From Candidatus Cloacimonadota bacterium (GTDB lineage Bacteria; Cloacimonadota; Cloacimonadia; JGIOTU-2), in assembly GCA_018334695.1 (NCBI GenBank), contig JAGXLO010000001.1, positions 7,551 through 71,550 of the forward strand: DNA of 64,000 bases. The letters are read 5' to 3'. Under the pieces are notes generated by a model. It searched no databases and was not told the origin of the DNA. It saw nothing but the letters and a program-made list of their open reading frames with translations. The translations under genes and the position numbers were made by a program. Numbering within the stretch: position 1 is the stretch's first letter; the number at the start of each line of letters is the position of its first letter. This document shows positions 52,214 to 61,780 of this stretch, piece after piece.

Positions 52214-53167
52214 TTATTGGGAAATCCTTTCAATAATTTTTTCGGCAATAGTAAAGGGATCAGTATTGTTATTATAAATCTTGTCAACAATTTTAGCAAT
52301 TACTTCTTCATCAAAATAGCGTGCATTAATTTTTTCCAACAAGGAATTGTGCACAATATTCATAATTTCATTTTCAATTCTTTGTTTACGTTTTTCCACC
52401 AACTGTCCACTATCTTTCATATATTGGAAATGCTCAGCCAGAGCCAATTTTACTTTATTCATACCTTTGTTCTTATTAGCAATAGTTTTTATGATTTGTG
52501 GTTTAAAATCCTTCTTGTTATCATTCAATTGCCACAGCAGTTCTATTTCTGCTTCAATTTTGTCTGAACCCGGTCGGTCACTTTTATTGATAACAAATAC
52601 ATCCCCTATCTCCATAATGCCGGCCTTCATCACCTGCACACTATCACCGGAAGATGGTGTAAGCAGCAAACATACAGTATCCGCAAATTTGATAATTTCC
52701 ACTTCAGATTGTCCCACACCCACGGTTTCCAGGAAAATGATATCATAACCGGCTGCGGACATTAGGGTAATTGTATCGTTGGTCTGAGGAGCAAGACCGC
52801 CCAGGTGCCCACGTGACGCCATACTCCTGATAAATACTTTTTCATCAGTGGAGTGATTTTGGAGCCTTATTCTGTCTCCCAGAATTGCACCATGCGAAAA
52901 AGGGCTAGTAGGATCAACTGCAATTACTGCAACTTTTTTTCCTTCTTTCCGATAAAGTTTAATGAGCTTGTCCGAAATCGTGCTCTTTCCGGCACCGGGA
53001 GCTCCAGTAATACCTATTACATGGCTGTCTGTTCTCCTGGGATATACTTTTTGTATAATATACGGAAGCTTCTCCTTATCATCCAGCTGTGTAATCAAGC
53101 GAGAGAGCGCGCGTGTATCTCCCTCCAACAATTTAAATATATTCTTATCAATCTCTACTCTAGTCAT
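52214..53167 (-). CDS. meaB: MeaB/ArgK-type G3E family GTPase (methylmalonyl-CoA mutase-associated GTPase family)
   Basis: Walker A GITGAPGAGKST. The switch regions and the Cys-rich metal-chaperone-like stretch are typical of G3E GTPases. The N-terminal LAO/AO-transport-system-like region is present. 317 aa. Confidence 0.8.
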   Translation of the reverse strand: MTRVEIDKNIFKLLEGDTRALSRLITQLDDKEKLPYIIQKVYPRRTDSHVIGITGAPGAGKSTISDKLIKLYRKEGKKVAVIAVDPTSPFSHGAILGDRIRLQNHSTDEKVFIRSMASRGHLGGLAPQTNDTITLMSAAGYDIIFLETVGVGQSEVEIIKFADTVCLLLTPSSGDSVQVMKAGIMEIGDVFVINKSDRPGSDKIEAEIELLWQLNDNKKDFKPQIIKTIANKNKGMNKVKLALAEHFQYMKDSGQLVEKRKQRIENEIMNIVHNSLLEKINARYFDEEVIAKIVDKIYNNNTDPFTIAEKIIERISQ

Positions 53168-53397
53168 ATTTGGTATTTCCTGATAAATTTTAATATCTTG
53201 TCAATTTTAGGGAGATAATATTTTGTTGCAGTCAATTTTAGTAATGTTTTCTTTTTATCAATGGTGGTATAGTAACAAAATCCCTCAAAAGCTTCAAGTA
53301 TATAACCAACATAAATTAATTCTTCAGGATTTGTTTTAATTACAATTTCTTGGCTTTTACCCTCGAGTTCCTTGCGAGAAATTTCTTCTGCCTGCAT
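53164..53397 (-). CDS. small hypothetical protein translationally coupled to meaB
   Basis: 77 aa. Its stop overlaps the meaB start (4-nt overlap). No recognisable motif. Confidence 0.4.
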   Translation of the reverse strand: MQAEEISRKELEGKSQEIVIKTNPEELIYVGYILEAFEGFCYYTTIDKKKTLLKLTATKYYLPKIDKILKFIRKYQI

Positions 53398-53418
53398 GCA
53401 CTATTCTCAACTTAGATT

Positions 53419-55746
53419 CTATTCCAAAGCGATATCAATCACTTCTTTCATAGATTCAACCGGAATAATATTCAGACCTTTTTTTATTTGTTTGTCTATT
53501 TCTACAAGATCTTTTTCATTCTTTTTAGGTATTATCACATTGGGAATATTTGATCTTTTTGCTGCAACCAATTTTTCCTCTAATCCACCGACAGGAAGCA
53601 CATTACCCATAAGAGTGATTTCGCCCGTCATGGCATACTTGCCTGATACTTTACGCTTGGACAGGGCAGAAATTATAGCAACTGCAATAGTAATGCCTGC
53701 CGATGGTCCGTCTTTTGGTATAGCACCCTGCGGAACATGAATGTGAACATCCTTATTTTTATAAAAGTTTTTTTCAATATCAAATTCTTTATAATTGGAT
53801 CTGGAGTAACTAAGAGCTGCATTGGCTGATTCTTTCATCACATCACCTAATTTTCCGGTAAGGTGTACTTTACCTTTGCCCTCCATAAGCAAGGCTTCTA
53901 TCTCCAGAAGCACGCCTCCGGATGACGACCAGGCAAGTCCTTTTGCAACTCCTATCTTACTTTCTTTCTTTGCTTTTGATTCTCTGTATTTTTCTACTCC
54001 CAGATATTTGGCAACAGACCTGGTAGAAACAGTAAAGGATTTTTTATCTTTGTTTTTTAAATATCTTCTGATTATTTTTCGTAAAACTGCTGATATATTT
54101 CTTTCCAGTTCTCGCACGCCGGCTTCTTTAGTATAATTTCTTATAATCTTGAAAATGGCATTATCAGAGAAATTTATCTGTAATTTATCTTTCAAACCGT
54201 GATTTTTCATCTGTTTGGGAATTAGAAAACCTTTGGCTATTTTTTCTTTTTCATATTCAGTGTATCCGGGCAAAGTGATTATCTCCATTCTATCTCGCAG
54301 AGGAGAAGGAATGGAATAAAGAGTATTTGCTGTGGTAATAAAAAGCACTTCCGATAGATCGTAAGGAATCTCCATATAATGGTCATGGAATTCAAAATTT
54401 TGTTCAGGATCCAGGACTTCCAGAAGAGCAGCAGAAGGATCACCTCTAAAGTCGGAACTCATTTTATCAATCTCATCCATCATAATTACAGGATTTTTTG
54501 TACCTGCTTTTTTCATGGATCTTATAATAATTCCCGGCATAGCTCCTATATATGTTTTACGGTGACCGCGGATTTCGGCTTCATCTCTAACACCACCCAA
54601 GGAAAGTCGTTCAAACTTTCTATCCATAGCCCGTGCTATTGATCTGCCGAGAGAGGTTTTACCAACTCCGGGAGGTCCCACAAAACAAAGTATCTGTCCT
54701 TTAACGTTATTAACAATTTTTAATACTGCCAGATATTCAACAATACGTTCTTTTATTTTCTTAAGACCATAGTGATCTTCGTCCAGTATCTTTTCGGCTT
54801 CCTCTATTTTAAAATCTTTGTGGTTTTTTGTCTTTCCCCATGGTAATTCTTCCAGCCAGTTTAGATAATTTAGAGCTACAGAGTATTCCGGAGAAACTGG
54901 ATTTGTACGTTGTAATCTTTTTATTTCCTGGTCTGCTTTTTTGCGAGCTTCATCTGTAAGTTCCAGGTCATCAAGTTTCTTTTTTATCTCACCCAGTTCG
55001 CCTGAATCTTCCTTTGAAATTCCAAGTTCCTCTTGAATAGCCTTCATTTCCTGATTAAGGAAATATTCTTTTTGAGATTTTGTCAACTTGCTTTTTACTT
55101 CTCCGGCAATTTTTTGGCGAATCTTTAATATTTCTACTTCCTTTGAGATATATTCAATCAACTTCAACAGTCTTTCAACTGGCTGTAATTGCAGAACTTC
55201 CTGTTTTTTGGGCAAATCAAGCTCAATATTGCTGGCAATCAAATCAATTTTTTCTACCATGCTGTCCAAGTTACTGTATTTTATTAAGGCTTCTTCGGAA
55301 AAATTTCTACTCAAATCAGCATATTTTTTGAATTCACTTTCCAGAGTTTTCATCAAAGCCTGATTTTCTTCGTTATCAGGCAGAGTGTTGGATTCATAAG
55401 GTGCTAATTCTGCGCCTATATAATCCTCTGATTCTGCGAGTTGACTAATTTTTGCTCTATACAGTCCGTTTATTAGAACTCTTATAGAGCCATCCGGCAT
55501 TTTAAGGTATTGGATTATTTCGCAAACAGTGCCCACTTTATAGATATCTTCTTCAGTTGGTTTTTCTGTATCAATCGATTTCTGAGCAACACAAAATATT
55601 ATTTTATCAGATTCATTTGCAATATTCACTGCCTTTATAGAACGCGATCTTCCAATTATCAAGGGTGCGACCATGTTTGGGAATATCACAACATTTCTGG
55701 CCGGGATAACTGGTAATATATTCTCTTGTTTTATTTCTTGTTTCAT
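53419..55746 (-). CDS. lon: ATP-dependent Lon protease
   Basis: 775 aa with an N-terminal LON substrate-binding domain and AAA+ Walker A GPPGVGKTS. The protease domain carries the catalytic Ser in PKDGPSAGIT and Lys in the KLVAAKR region. Confidence 0.95.
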   Translation of the reverse strand: MKQEIKQENILPVIPARNVVIFPNMVAPLIIGRSRSIKAVNIANESDKIIFCVAQKSIDTEKPTEEDIYKVGTVCEIIQYLKMPDGSIRVLINGLYRAKISQLAESEDYIGAELAPYESNTLPDNEENQALMKTLESEFKKYADLSRNFSEEALIKYSNLDSMVEKIDLIASNIELDLPKKQEVLQLQPVERLLKLIEYISKEVEILKIRQKIAGEVKSKLTKSQKEYFLNQEMKAIQEELGISKEDSGELGEIKKKLDDLELTDEARKKADQEIKRLQRTNPVSPEYSVALNYLNWLEELPWGKTKNHKDFKIEEAEKILDEDHYGLKKIKERIVEYLAVLKIVNNVKGQILCFVGPPGVGKTSLGRSIARAMDRKFERLSLGGVRDEAEIRGHRKTYIGAMPGIIIRSMKKAGTKNPVIMMDEIDKMSSDFRGDPSAALLEVLDPEQNFEFHDHYMEIPYDLSEVLFITTANTLYSIPSPLRDRMEIITLPGYTEYEKEKIAKGFLIPKQMKNHGLKDKLQINFSDNAIFKIIRNYTKEAGVRELERNISAVLRKIIRRYLKNKDKKSFTVSTRSVAKYLGVEKYRESKAKKESKIGVAKGLAWSSSGGVLLEIEALLMEGKGKVHLTGKLGDVMKESANAALSYSRSNYKEFDIEKNFYKNKDVHIHVPQGAIPKDGPSAGITIAVAIISALSKRKVSGKYAMTGEITLMGNVLPVGGLEEKLVAAKRSNIPNVIIPKKNEKDLVEIDKQIKKGLNIIPVESMKEVIDIALE

Positions 55747-55924
55747 TTAAATTACCTTTATTGGAATAATATATTGACGCTAATAATATTCTTGATAAAT
55801 TTTAATTGTCAAATAAATTTGAGGAATGAAAATTTTTTGATTTCTTGACATCAAAAAATATGTTAAAGCTTTTAAACTCACAAAATAGAATTTTAAAATT
55901 TGCTTATTATTTGTAATTATTATT

Positions 55925-56002
55925 CGGGATGTAGCGCAGCACGGTTAGCGCGCTTCGTTCGGGACGAAGAGGCCGCCGGTTCAAATCCGGCCATCCCGAC
56001 CA
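55925..56002 (+). tRNA. tRNA-Pro (anticodon CGG)
   Basis: Cloverleaf: acceptor CGGGATG/CATCCCG with the Pro-typical C1:G72, D-arm GCGC...GCGC, anticodon stem CTTCG/CGAAG with loop TTCGGGA (anticodon CGG), T-arm GCCGG-TTCAAAT-CCGGC, discriminator A, and an encoded CCA. Confidence 0.9.
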
Positions 56003-56065
56003 TTTTATTTAATTTTAAGCAATAACAATATCCTAAAACTATCTACCTTTAAACTTATTAAAAGA

Positions 56066-56269
56066 TTATCGTTTATCTACATTATGTACGTAGTGTGCAA
56101 TATAAAGCAAGATCGCAAACAGAATAAAGGGATTAGCAGCTATAAAATAGCTTTCGTGCTGCATAAAATGGAATATATTACTGTGGGGTAGTAAGAGTTT
56201 ATCAAAACTTCCCAAAAACAACAAAAGAGCTGCTACAATAGCAGATAATTTTGCTAGTATTTTTAACAT
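56066..56269 (-). CDS. small hypothetical two-TM membrane protein
   Basis: 67-aa ORF with two hydrophobic helices, downstream of the hup-microprotein pair on the same strand. No family assigned; it may not be a real gene. Confidence 0.3.
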   Translation of the reverse strand: MLKILAKLSAIVAALLLFLGSFDKLLLPHSNIFHFMQHESYFIAANPFILFAILLYIAHYVHNVDKR

Positions 56270-56296
56270 TAATCATTCCTCAGACGATTAAAGAAA

Positions 56297-56392
56297 TTAC
56301 TTATTCTTTTTCTTGTGTCTATTTTTTCTTCTATTTTTTTTGCGTTTATGCTTATTTATTTTTGATTTTCTGTGTTTTTTTCCACCTGGCAT
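56297..56392 (-). CDS. 31-aa polybasic microprotein (MPGGKKHRKSKINKHKRKKNRRKNRHKKKNK)
   Basis: Below the ORF-track size cutoff. The ATG lies 9 nt after the hup stop and is preceded by AAGGAG 6 nt upstream. It is 31 aa, 24 of them K/R/H, and ends at TAA. Confidence 0.4.
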   Translation of the reverse strand: MPGGKKHRKSKINKHKRKKNRRKNRHKKKNK

Positions 56393-56401
56393 TATACTCC
56401 T

Positions 56402-56686
56402 TTATGAATTATGTTTTTTTACTTGTTCGATTAACTTATTTGAAAATTTGAAAGTAGGAACTACGCGTTCCGGTATTTGAATCTTTTCTTGAGTATTAGG
56501 ATTACGGGCAAGACGCGCTTTTCGTTTTTTATTCTTAAAAGTACCAAATGTACGTAACTCTATGTGCTCGCCTTCAATCAAACTTTCCTTAATGTTATCA
56601 AGAAAAGAATCTACGATAATTTTCGTATCTTTCAATATTATTCCAGTCTCCTGGGAAATGGCATGAACTAAGTCAGCCTTTGTCAT
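56402..56686 (-). CDS. hup: HU family DNA-binding protein
   Basis: The start is reset to MTKADLVHAISQETG, which is the HU-like N-terminus, with a GGAGG SD 6 nt upstream. The RTFGTFKNKKRKARLARNPNTQEKIQIP arm motif is characteristic of HU/IHF. Confidence 0.85.
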   Translation of the reverse strand: MTKADLVHAISQETGIILKDTKIIVDSFLDNIKESLIEGEHIELRTFGTFKNKKRKARLARNPNTQEKIQIPERVVPTFKFSNKLIEQVKKHNS

Positions 56687-56812
56687 ACAATCCTCCAAAA
56701 TTTTTTTTGATAAATTTTTCTTTCATATTTATGTGTCAAGGTTTACGAATATTTTAACATTTAAATTGCTAAATAGCATAAAATTAGAGCATATTGAGTA
56801 AATTCATTAGCT

Positions 56813-57223
56813 CTATTCAAAAACAACAGCAATTCCTGTAGCAATTTTATTAACTTTTACGCGTCGCTTGGTTCTAAATACTCTATGGCGCCAGGGTCCT
56901 TTGCCAACAACTTTTGCATAACGATCAATATACACATCTTTATCCACATCGTATTTAACCATCATTACAGCGTCTGCACCAATCTCACGAGCTTTTTCTG
57001 TCATAAGCCTGGTGAACTCCAGCTTTCTGGCTCTTTTGTCCAACGTAACTTCAATGATCCCTATAGGATTATGAGGTAGATTCAATTTATTGGGCGTAAT
57101 CACTATCTCGGCACTCTCTGGTTTCGCGCGGAGTTCATAATTATCATCAGTTTGAATGAATTTAACATTGGATGAACATGAAATAACCATAAGAAGAACT
57201 ATAAAAAATGTAATTCTCTTCAT
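56813..57223 (-). CDS. hypothetical lipoprotein
   Basis: Signal peptide with a VISCSS lipobox. 136 aa. The start overlaps the stop of the upstream small membrane ORF by 1 nt. Confidence 0.5.
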   Translation of the reverse strand: MKRITFFIVLLMVISCSSNVKFIQTDDNYELRAKPESAEIVITPNKLNLPHNPIGIIEVTLDKRARKLEFTRLMTEKAREIGADAVMMVKYDVDKDVYIDRYAKVVGKGPWRHRVFRTKRRVKVNKIATGIAVVFE

Positions 57224-57453
57224 TATTCTTCTCCTTGATTTTCTCTGTCTTTTATTTGCTTCTTTAATTTAAACTTGTAAATTGCCATAAGACTTGAATA
57301 GATTAAGCCAGATATTATTGCTTTTAAAATTGAAATCCTTTGAGTATTAATACTGGGATAAAATACATAGTTCATCAATAAGAAAAGTACAAGAGCAAAT
57401 AAAATAAAATTTATTAAAAAATAAACCAGCAAATTGTCCATTGAAAACTTCAT
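57223..57453 (-). CDS. small hypothetical membrane protein
   Basis: 76 aa with two TM helices. Translationally coupled to the lipoprotein gene. Confidence 0.35.
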   Translation of the reverse strand: MKFSMDNLLVYFLINFILFALVLFLLMNYVFYPSINTQRISILKAIISGLIYSSLMAIYKFKLKKQIKDRENQGEE

Positions 57454-57629
57454 GTTTTTTTGATGAGTCCTCTATATTATTTGTCAATAAAAACAATTTA
57501 AAATTTTATTCAACTATGTCTAGAATTTAATGAAATAACTAATAAATTGTTGTTATGTTTGACAGATTATTAAAGATGATATGAAATTAAATTATCTCTT
57601 ACGAGGAAAAAAATTACAAGGGGTGCAAC

Positions 57630-58973
57630 ATGATTGAAAAAATAGCAGAAAATTTTCTGTATCACATCTGGGATGAACAACATCTAAAACAAAACCTGAA
57701 CACAGTAAACAAGCAAAAAGTTAAAATTCTGTTTCAGGGCAAGTGGAATACTGCTGCAGGACCTGACTTTCGCAGTGCAATTCTGATCATAGGTAATGAA
57801 AAAATTCAGGGTGATGTGGAAATTCACAAGATCGAAAATGACTGGCAACATCATAAGCATCATGAAGATAAAAACTATAATGATGTTATCTTGCACGTAG
57901 TTTTTCGTAATGATATTGATAAAAAATTTACCATATCCGAAGACGGCACAAAGATTCCGATTCTAATTTTGCAAGACAATCTTGATCCTCAAGTCAACAA
58001 ATTATGGAAAAAGTATGGGGGGATAAGTTTTGATACAAGACAGATTGAGACAATTCCCTGCCGCCTTTCGGATAAACTTAAAACAGAAAAGGAACTCCTA
58101 AAAACTCTAAGCTATTTTGGAAAAACCAGATTCAAGAGAAAGGCAAAACGTTTTTCTGCGGAACTGTATAATTCTGATTTCAACCAAATCATTTACAAAG
58201 GTATTATGGAAGCTCTGGGTTATTCTAAAAATAAGATCCCGTTCCTAAAACTGGCTTCTGACTTTTCTTACAAAAAATTACAGAGTTTTTCTAAAATACT
58301 TAACTCTCCTACCGAGTTGTTTTGTTTGCTTGTAATAAAGTCCGGAATAGATTTACCTAAATATAATTATAAATTTATAAATGACGAAATTGTAGATTTG
58401 TACAAAAAAATGAAATATAAATTAGGTTATGATCTCACAAATGGAATGAGTTCTAGCTATAATTGGAACTTCTTTAGACTGCGTCCCACCAACCATCCTT
58501 TGTATCGAATGTGGCAGATTTCTCCCTTTCTCTATTCTATCCTCAATAAAAATCTGGCAAATAAAATATTTTCTATCTTCAGCGTCTCACAAAAAAAATC
58601 GATAAAATATAATCAATTCAAGCAGAATTTTTATAATTTAATAAACAAATCTGATAAAAAAAGGCAAAAAGTAGGTCGCTCTCGCTGTGATGACATATTT
58701 GTAAATATCATCCTACCAGTCGGCTATATCTACGCAGAAACTCTGGATTACGGGAAATTGGAGAGTATTATCAAAAATACTTATTTTAATCTAAGCAAAT
58801 TATCCGAAAATCATATAACAAAATATATAAGGAGTCGTCTGAAAAACAATATAAAAAATTCCAGAAAAATTAAATTAATACACCAGCAAGGTATGATACA
58901 GCTCTACTACAGGTTTTGTAACCATCATGACTGTGAAAATTGCTTACATAATATCTTGGAAAATGTTTCTTAG
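57630..58973 (+). CDS. DUF2851-like protein
   Basis: 447 aa. The N-terminus E.FLYHIWDEQHL and a His-rich block (WQHHKHHED) resemble the DUF2851 family. The family call is from memory. Confidence 0.5.
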   Translation: MIEKIAENFLYHIWDEQHLKQNLNTVNKQKVKILFQGKWNTAAGPDFRSAILIIGNEKIQGDVEIHKIENDWQHHKHHEDKNYNDVILHVVFRNDIDKKFTISEDGTKIPILILQDNLDPQVNKLWKKYGGISFDTRQIETIPCRLSDKLKTEKELLKTLSYFGKTRFKRKAKRFSAELYNSDFNQIIYKGIMEALGYSKNKIPFLKLASDFSYKKLQSFSKILNSPTELFCLLVIKSGIDLPKYNYKFINDEIVDLYKKMKYKLGYDLTNGMSSSYNWNFFRLRPTNHPLYRMWQISPFLYSILNKNLANKIFSIFSVSQKKSIKYNQFKQNFYNLINKSDKKRQKVGRSRCDDIFVNIILPVGYIYAETLDYGKLESIIKNTYFNLSKLSENHITKYIRSRLKNNIKNSRKIKLIHQQGMIQLYYRFCNHHDCENCLHNILENVS

Positions 58974-59187
58974 CTATTGTTGAAATCTAAAATTTTTTAA
59001 AGCAGGTAATACCTATCAAGAGCGATTATAATTCTTTTTCTTGACATTGTATATGGTATAATAAATCTGATTATTTCTTATCATTTTGTTGAATTAATGT
59101 AATTTTTTAAATGAATGTTGATAGACCTGATAAATAACTAATCAACGTTTTTAATTTTTTAGTAATAAAATTTTAACGGATAAAATA

Positions 59188-59841
59188 ATGAAGATTGATT
59201 TAGTAATTTTTGATTGCGACGGCGTTTTAGTAGATAGCGAGCCAATTTCCAATAATATATTTTGTAACATGCTGCAAGAAATTAGCATTGATATCGATAC
59301 AGAAAAAACGGAAAGGCTTTTTAAAGGAAAGTCAATAAAAGATTGCTGTAATATTGTTGAGAATAAATTTAATAAAACTCTCTCGGAAAAATTTATACAA
59401 GATTTCCGCAAAAGAACATTTACCGCATTCAAGGAAAGATTGCGTCCGATACACGGCGTTGGTAAAGCTCTGCAAGCTATTGATTATCCTCTGTGTGTAG
59501 CTTCCAGCGGACCCCTGAGAAAAATAAGATTAAATTTAGCTATTACAAAACTAGATAAATATTTTAATGATAATATTTTTAGCGCAACTCAGCTAGAAAA
59601 GGGTAAACCTGCACCTGATATTTTTTTGCATGCTGCCCAAAAAATGAATGCTAATCCGGCGAACAGCCTGGTAATAGAAGATTCCGAACCCGGAGTAAAA
59701 GCAGGCTTATCAGCAAAAATGCAGGTGCTGTTTTATTCAAAGTCAGCAAAAAATTTATCCTATGACAAATTTGAGAATGTAATTTATTTTACCGATATGA
59801 AGCTATTACCGGATATTATTGAAAATTTGAATGAAAATTAA
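59188..59841 (+). CDS. HAD-superfamily hydrolase (beta-phosphoglucomutase-like subfamily IA)
   Basis: Motif I DLVIFDCDGVLVDSE. The C-terminal motifs are consistent with the HAD fold. 217 aa. Confidence 0.75.
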   Translation: MKIDLVIFDCDGVLVDSEPISNNIFCNMLQEISIDIDTEKTERLFKGKSIKDCCNIVENKFNKTLSEKFIQDFRKRTFTAFKERLRPIHGVGKALQAIDYPLCVASSGPLRKIRLNLAITKLDKYFNDNIFSATQLEKGKPAPDIFLHAAQKMNANPANSLVIEDSEPGVKAGLSAKMQVLFYSKSAKNLSYDKFENVIYFTDMKLLPDIIENLNEN

Positions 59842-59861
59842 TTTGATGCGAAAGGATTATA

Positions 59862-60860
59862 ATGCCTAAAGAAAGTAATGTATATTTTAAAAAATTAATC
59901 AAAGAAGATTCTATTCTGGAAATCTATGAAAATATTTCCAAAAATGTAAAAGGAAACATCGGTTTAAAAGTTCATTTTGGTGAAAAAAACAATAAATATT
60001 TTATCAAACCAAATCTAATGAAATCATTGGTAAGGCAGCTAGATGCAACTTTTATAGAAACTAATGTGCTTTATGTTAGCGATAGACGCTATACCGACAG
60101 CCATCTAAAACTCGCCAAAAAACATGGATTTACTTATGCACCTATAGATATTTTGGATGATGCCGGTGAAGTTCACTACAAAGTCGATGGTAATCATTTC
60201 AACAAAGTTAAATTAGGTAAGAACATTGAAAAATATGATACGATTATATCTCTCGCACATTTCAAAGGTCATGCTCTGAGTGGTTTTGGGGGTGCTATAA
60301 AAAATATTGGTATGGGACTGGCTGCAATTGCCGGAAAAATGGATCAGCATGCTTCCACTATTCCCATATTTAAACCCAGCAAATGTGTGGAGTGTGGAAC
60401 TTGTGTGCCAGAATGCCCCGGAAATGCTATTTCACTTTCACCCCTAAAGATTGATAGCAAAAAATGTATCGGCTGCGGAAAATGCATTGGAATATGTCCT
60501 GAAAAAGCATTTAGAGTCCCCTGGGGGAGCACAAAAAGCAATAGATTTATGGAAAGGTTAGTAGAGTACGCCAAAGGTGTAATGCAGTATATAAACGTGG
60601 TTTTTATAAATGTGCTTATGAATATATCAAAGGACTGTGATTGCATGTCACACGCCCATGAACCTTTTGTGGAAGATATAGGTATTCTGGCATCCGAAGA
60701 TATTGTGGCTATTGAAAATGCTTCCTATGACCTTGTGAATAAGCATCTAGATTCCGATGATGCCTTTAAAGAGGTAAATAATGTAAAAGCACGCAAGCAG
60801 ATAGAGTATGCTCATTCACTTGGCATGGGAAATAAAGAATATAATTTAATTGAAGTTTAA
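59862..60860 (+). CDS. DUF362 domain protein with inserted 2x[4Fe-4S] ferredoxin domain
   Basis: Two ferredoxin-type clusters ([12 protein letters not shown] and [12 protein letters not shown]) are embedded in a DUF362-like scaffold (..KPN.......TNV.Y......HLK). 332 aa. Confidence 0.65.
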   Translation: MPKESNVYFKKLIKEDSILEIYENISKNVKGNIGLKVHFGEKNNKYFIKPNLMKSLVRQLDATFIETNVLYVSDRRYTDSHLKLAKKHGFTYAPIDILDDAGEVHYKVDGNHFNKVKLGKNIEKYDTIISLAHFKGHALSGFGGAIKNIGMGLAAIAGKMDQHASTIPIFKPSKCVECGTCVPECPGNAISLSPLKIDSKKCIGCGKCIGICPEKAFRVPWGSTKSNRFMERLVEYAKGVMQYINVVFINVLMNISKDCDCMSHAHEPFVEDIGILASEDIVAIENASYDLVNKHLDSDDAFKEVNNVKARKQIEYAHSLGMGNKEYNLIEV

Positions 60861-60868
60861 GGAGAAAT

Positions 60869-61285
60869 ATGAAATCCTATAAAGATGAACTATGGTTTAA
60901 AACTTCCAGGAGAAGAGAATATATAAATATCACTCCAAAGGTAGAGCAAGCAGTTAAAAAAAGTGACGTCAAAGAGGGGCTTTGTCTGGTAAATGCCATG
61001 CATATAACAGCCAGCGTATTCATTAATGATGATGAATCCGGTTTACACCGCGATTTTGAACGCTGGCTAGAAAAACTTGCTCCGGAGAAACCGCATTCTC
61101 AGTATGATCATAATGGTTTTGAAGATAATGCAGATGCGCATCTAAAACGACAGATAATGGGCAGAGAAGTTGTGGTTGCTATAACCGACGGTAAATTAGA
61201 TTTTGGTCCCTGGGAGCAGATATTTTATGGTGAATTTGACGGTAAGAGAAAGAAAAGAGTTTTGATTAAGATAATTGGTGATTAA
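60869..61285 (+). CDS. yjbQ: YjbQ/UPF0047 family protein (secondary thiamine-phosphate synthase-like)
   Basis: 138 aa. The [21 protein letters not shown]...[36 protein letters not shown] pattern is typical of YjbQ. Confidence 0.7.
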   Translation: MKSYKDELWFKTSRRREYINITPKVEQAVKKSDVKEGLCLVNAMHITASVFINDDESGLHRDFERWLEKLAPEKPHSQYDHNGFEDNADAHLKRQIMGREVVVAITDGKLDFGPWEQIFYGEFDGKRKKRVLIKIIGD

Positions 61286-61672
61286 CTTCCTCTGATAAGT
61301 AAAATTTTTGCTCACGGATATGCAAGTAAAAGGATGGATAGGAATTACACCGCCAAGGCGAGAAGACGCAAGAAAGAGATGACTTTGAGACTGTGTGACG
61401 GTATGACGGTGATAAGAGAGGAGGAGGGAACAGGATGCAGGATAAAGGGAAAAGAAAAAAGTAGTAACAAGTAAGTAGTAATTAGATGAAAAAAGTGACG
61501 AGTGACAAGTGACAAGTGAAGCGTATTCTGAACTCTGATCCTAAAATAGGTTAAATTCTACTCACAATTAACCAAAAATTCAAAATTCAAAACTATAAAT
61601 TGTCCTTTCTCTAAACAATAAATTCCAATTAACAACCTATAAATAACAACTAATTTACATTATCACCACATG

Positions 61673-61780
61673 CCTTAACCCCTAAACTTCCAAACCTCTA
61701 AACTCCTAAACCCCTAAACCTTCACCCTACACCCTATACCTCACACCTCAAACCTAATCTGCACCCAACACCCGTCACCC
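61673..61780 (+). repeat. G-free C/A-rich degenerate tandem 7-8-mer repeat (CCTAAAC-like) in the thrS leader
   Basis: An 88-nt run contains no G (61673-61760). It is built from ...CCCCTAAAC TTCCAAAC CTCTAAAC TCCTAAAC CCCTAAAC CTTCACCC TACACCC TATACC TCACACC TCAAACC... The complementary strand carries >=6 GGG tracts. Confidence 0.5.

Noticed and set aside
59041-59062. TTGACA ... TATAAT pair upstream of the HAD hydrolase gene
   Set aside because: The spacer is only 10 nt, which is incompatible with a sigma70-type promoter. This is probably a chance match in AT-rich DNA.
61676-61760. CCCTAAA units resembling the Arabidopsis-type telomere repeat
   Set aside because: Only two exact CCCTAAA copies are embedded in a degenerate C/A-rich array. 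Their bacterial chromosomal context between yjbQ and thrS makes a telomeric function implausible. I treat them as part of the G-free leader repeat.
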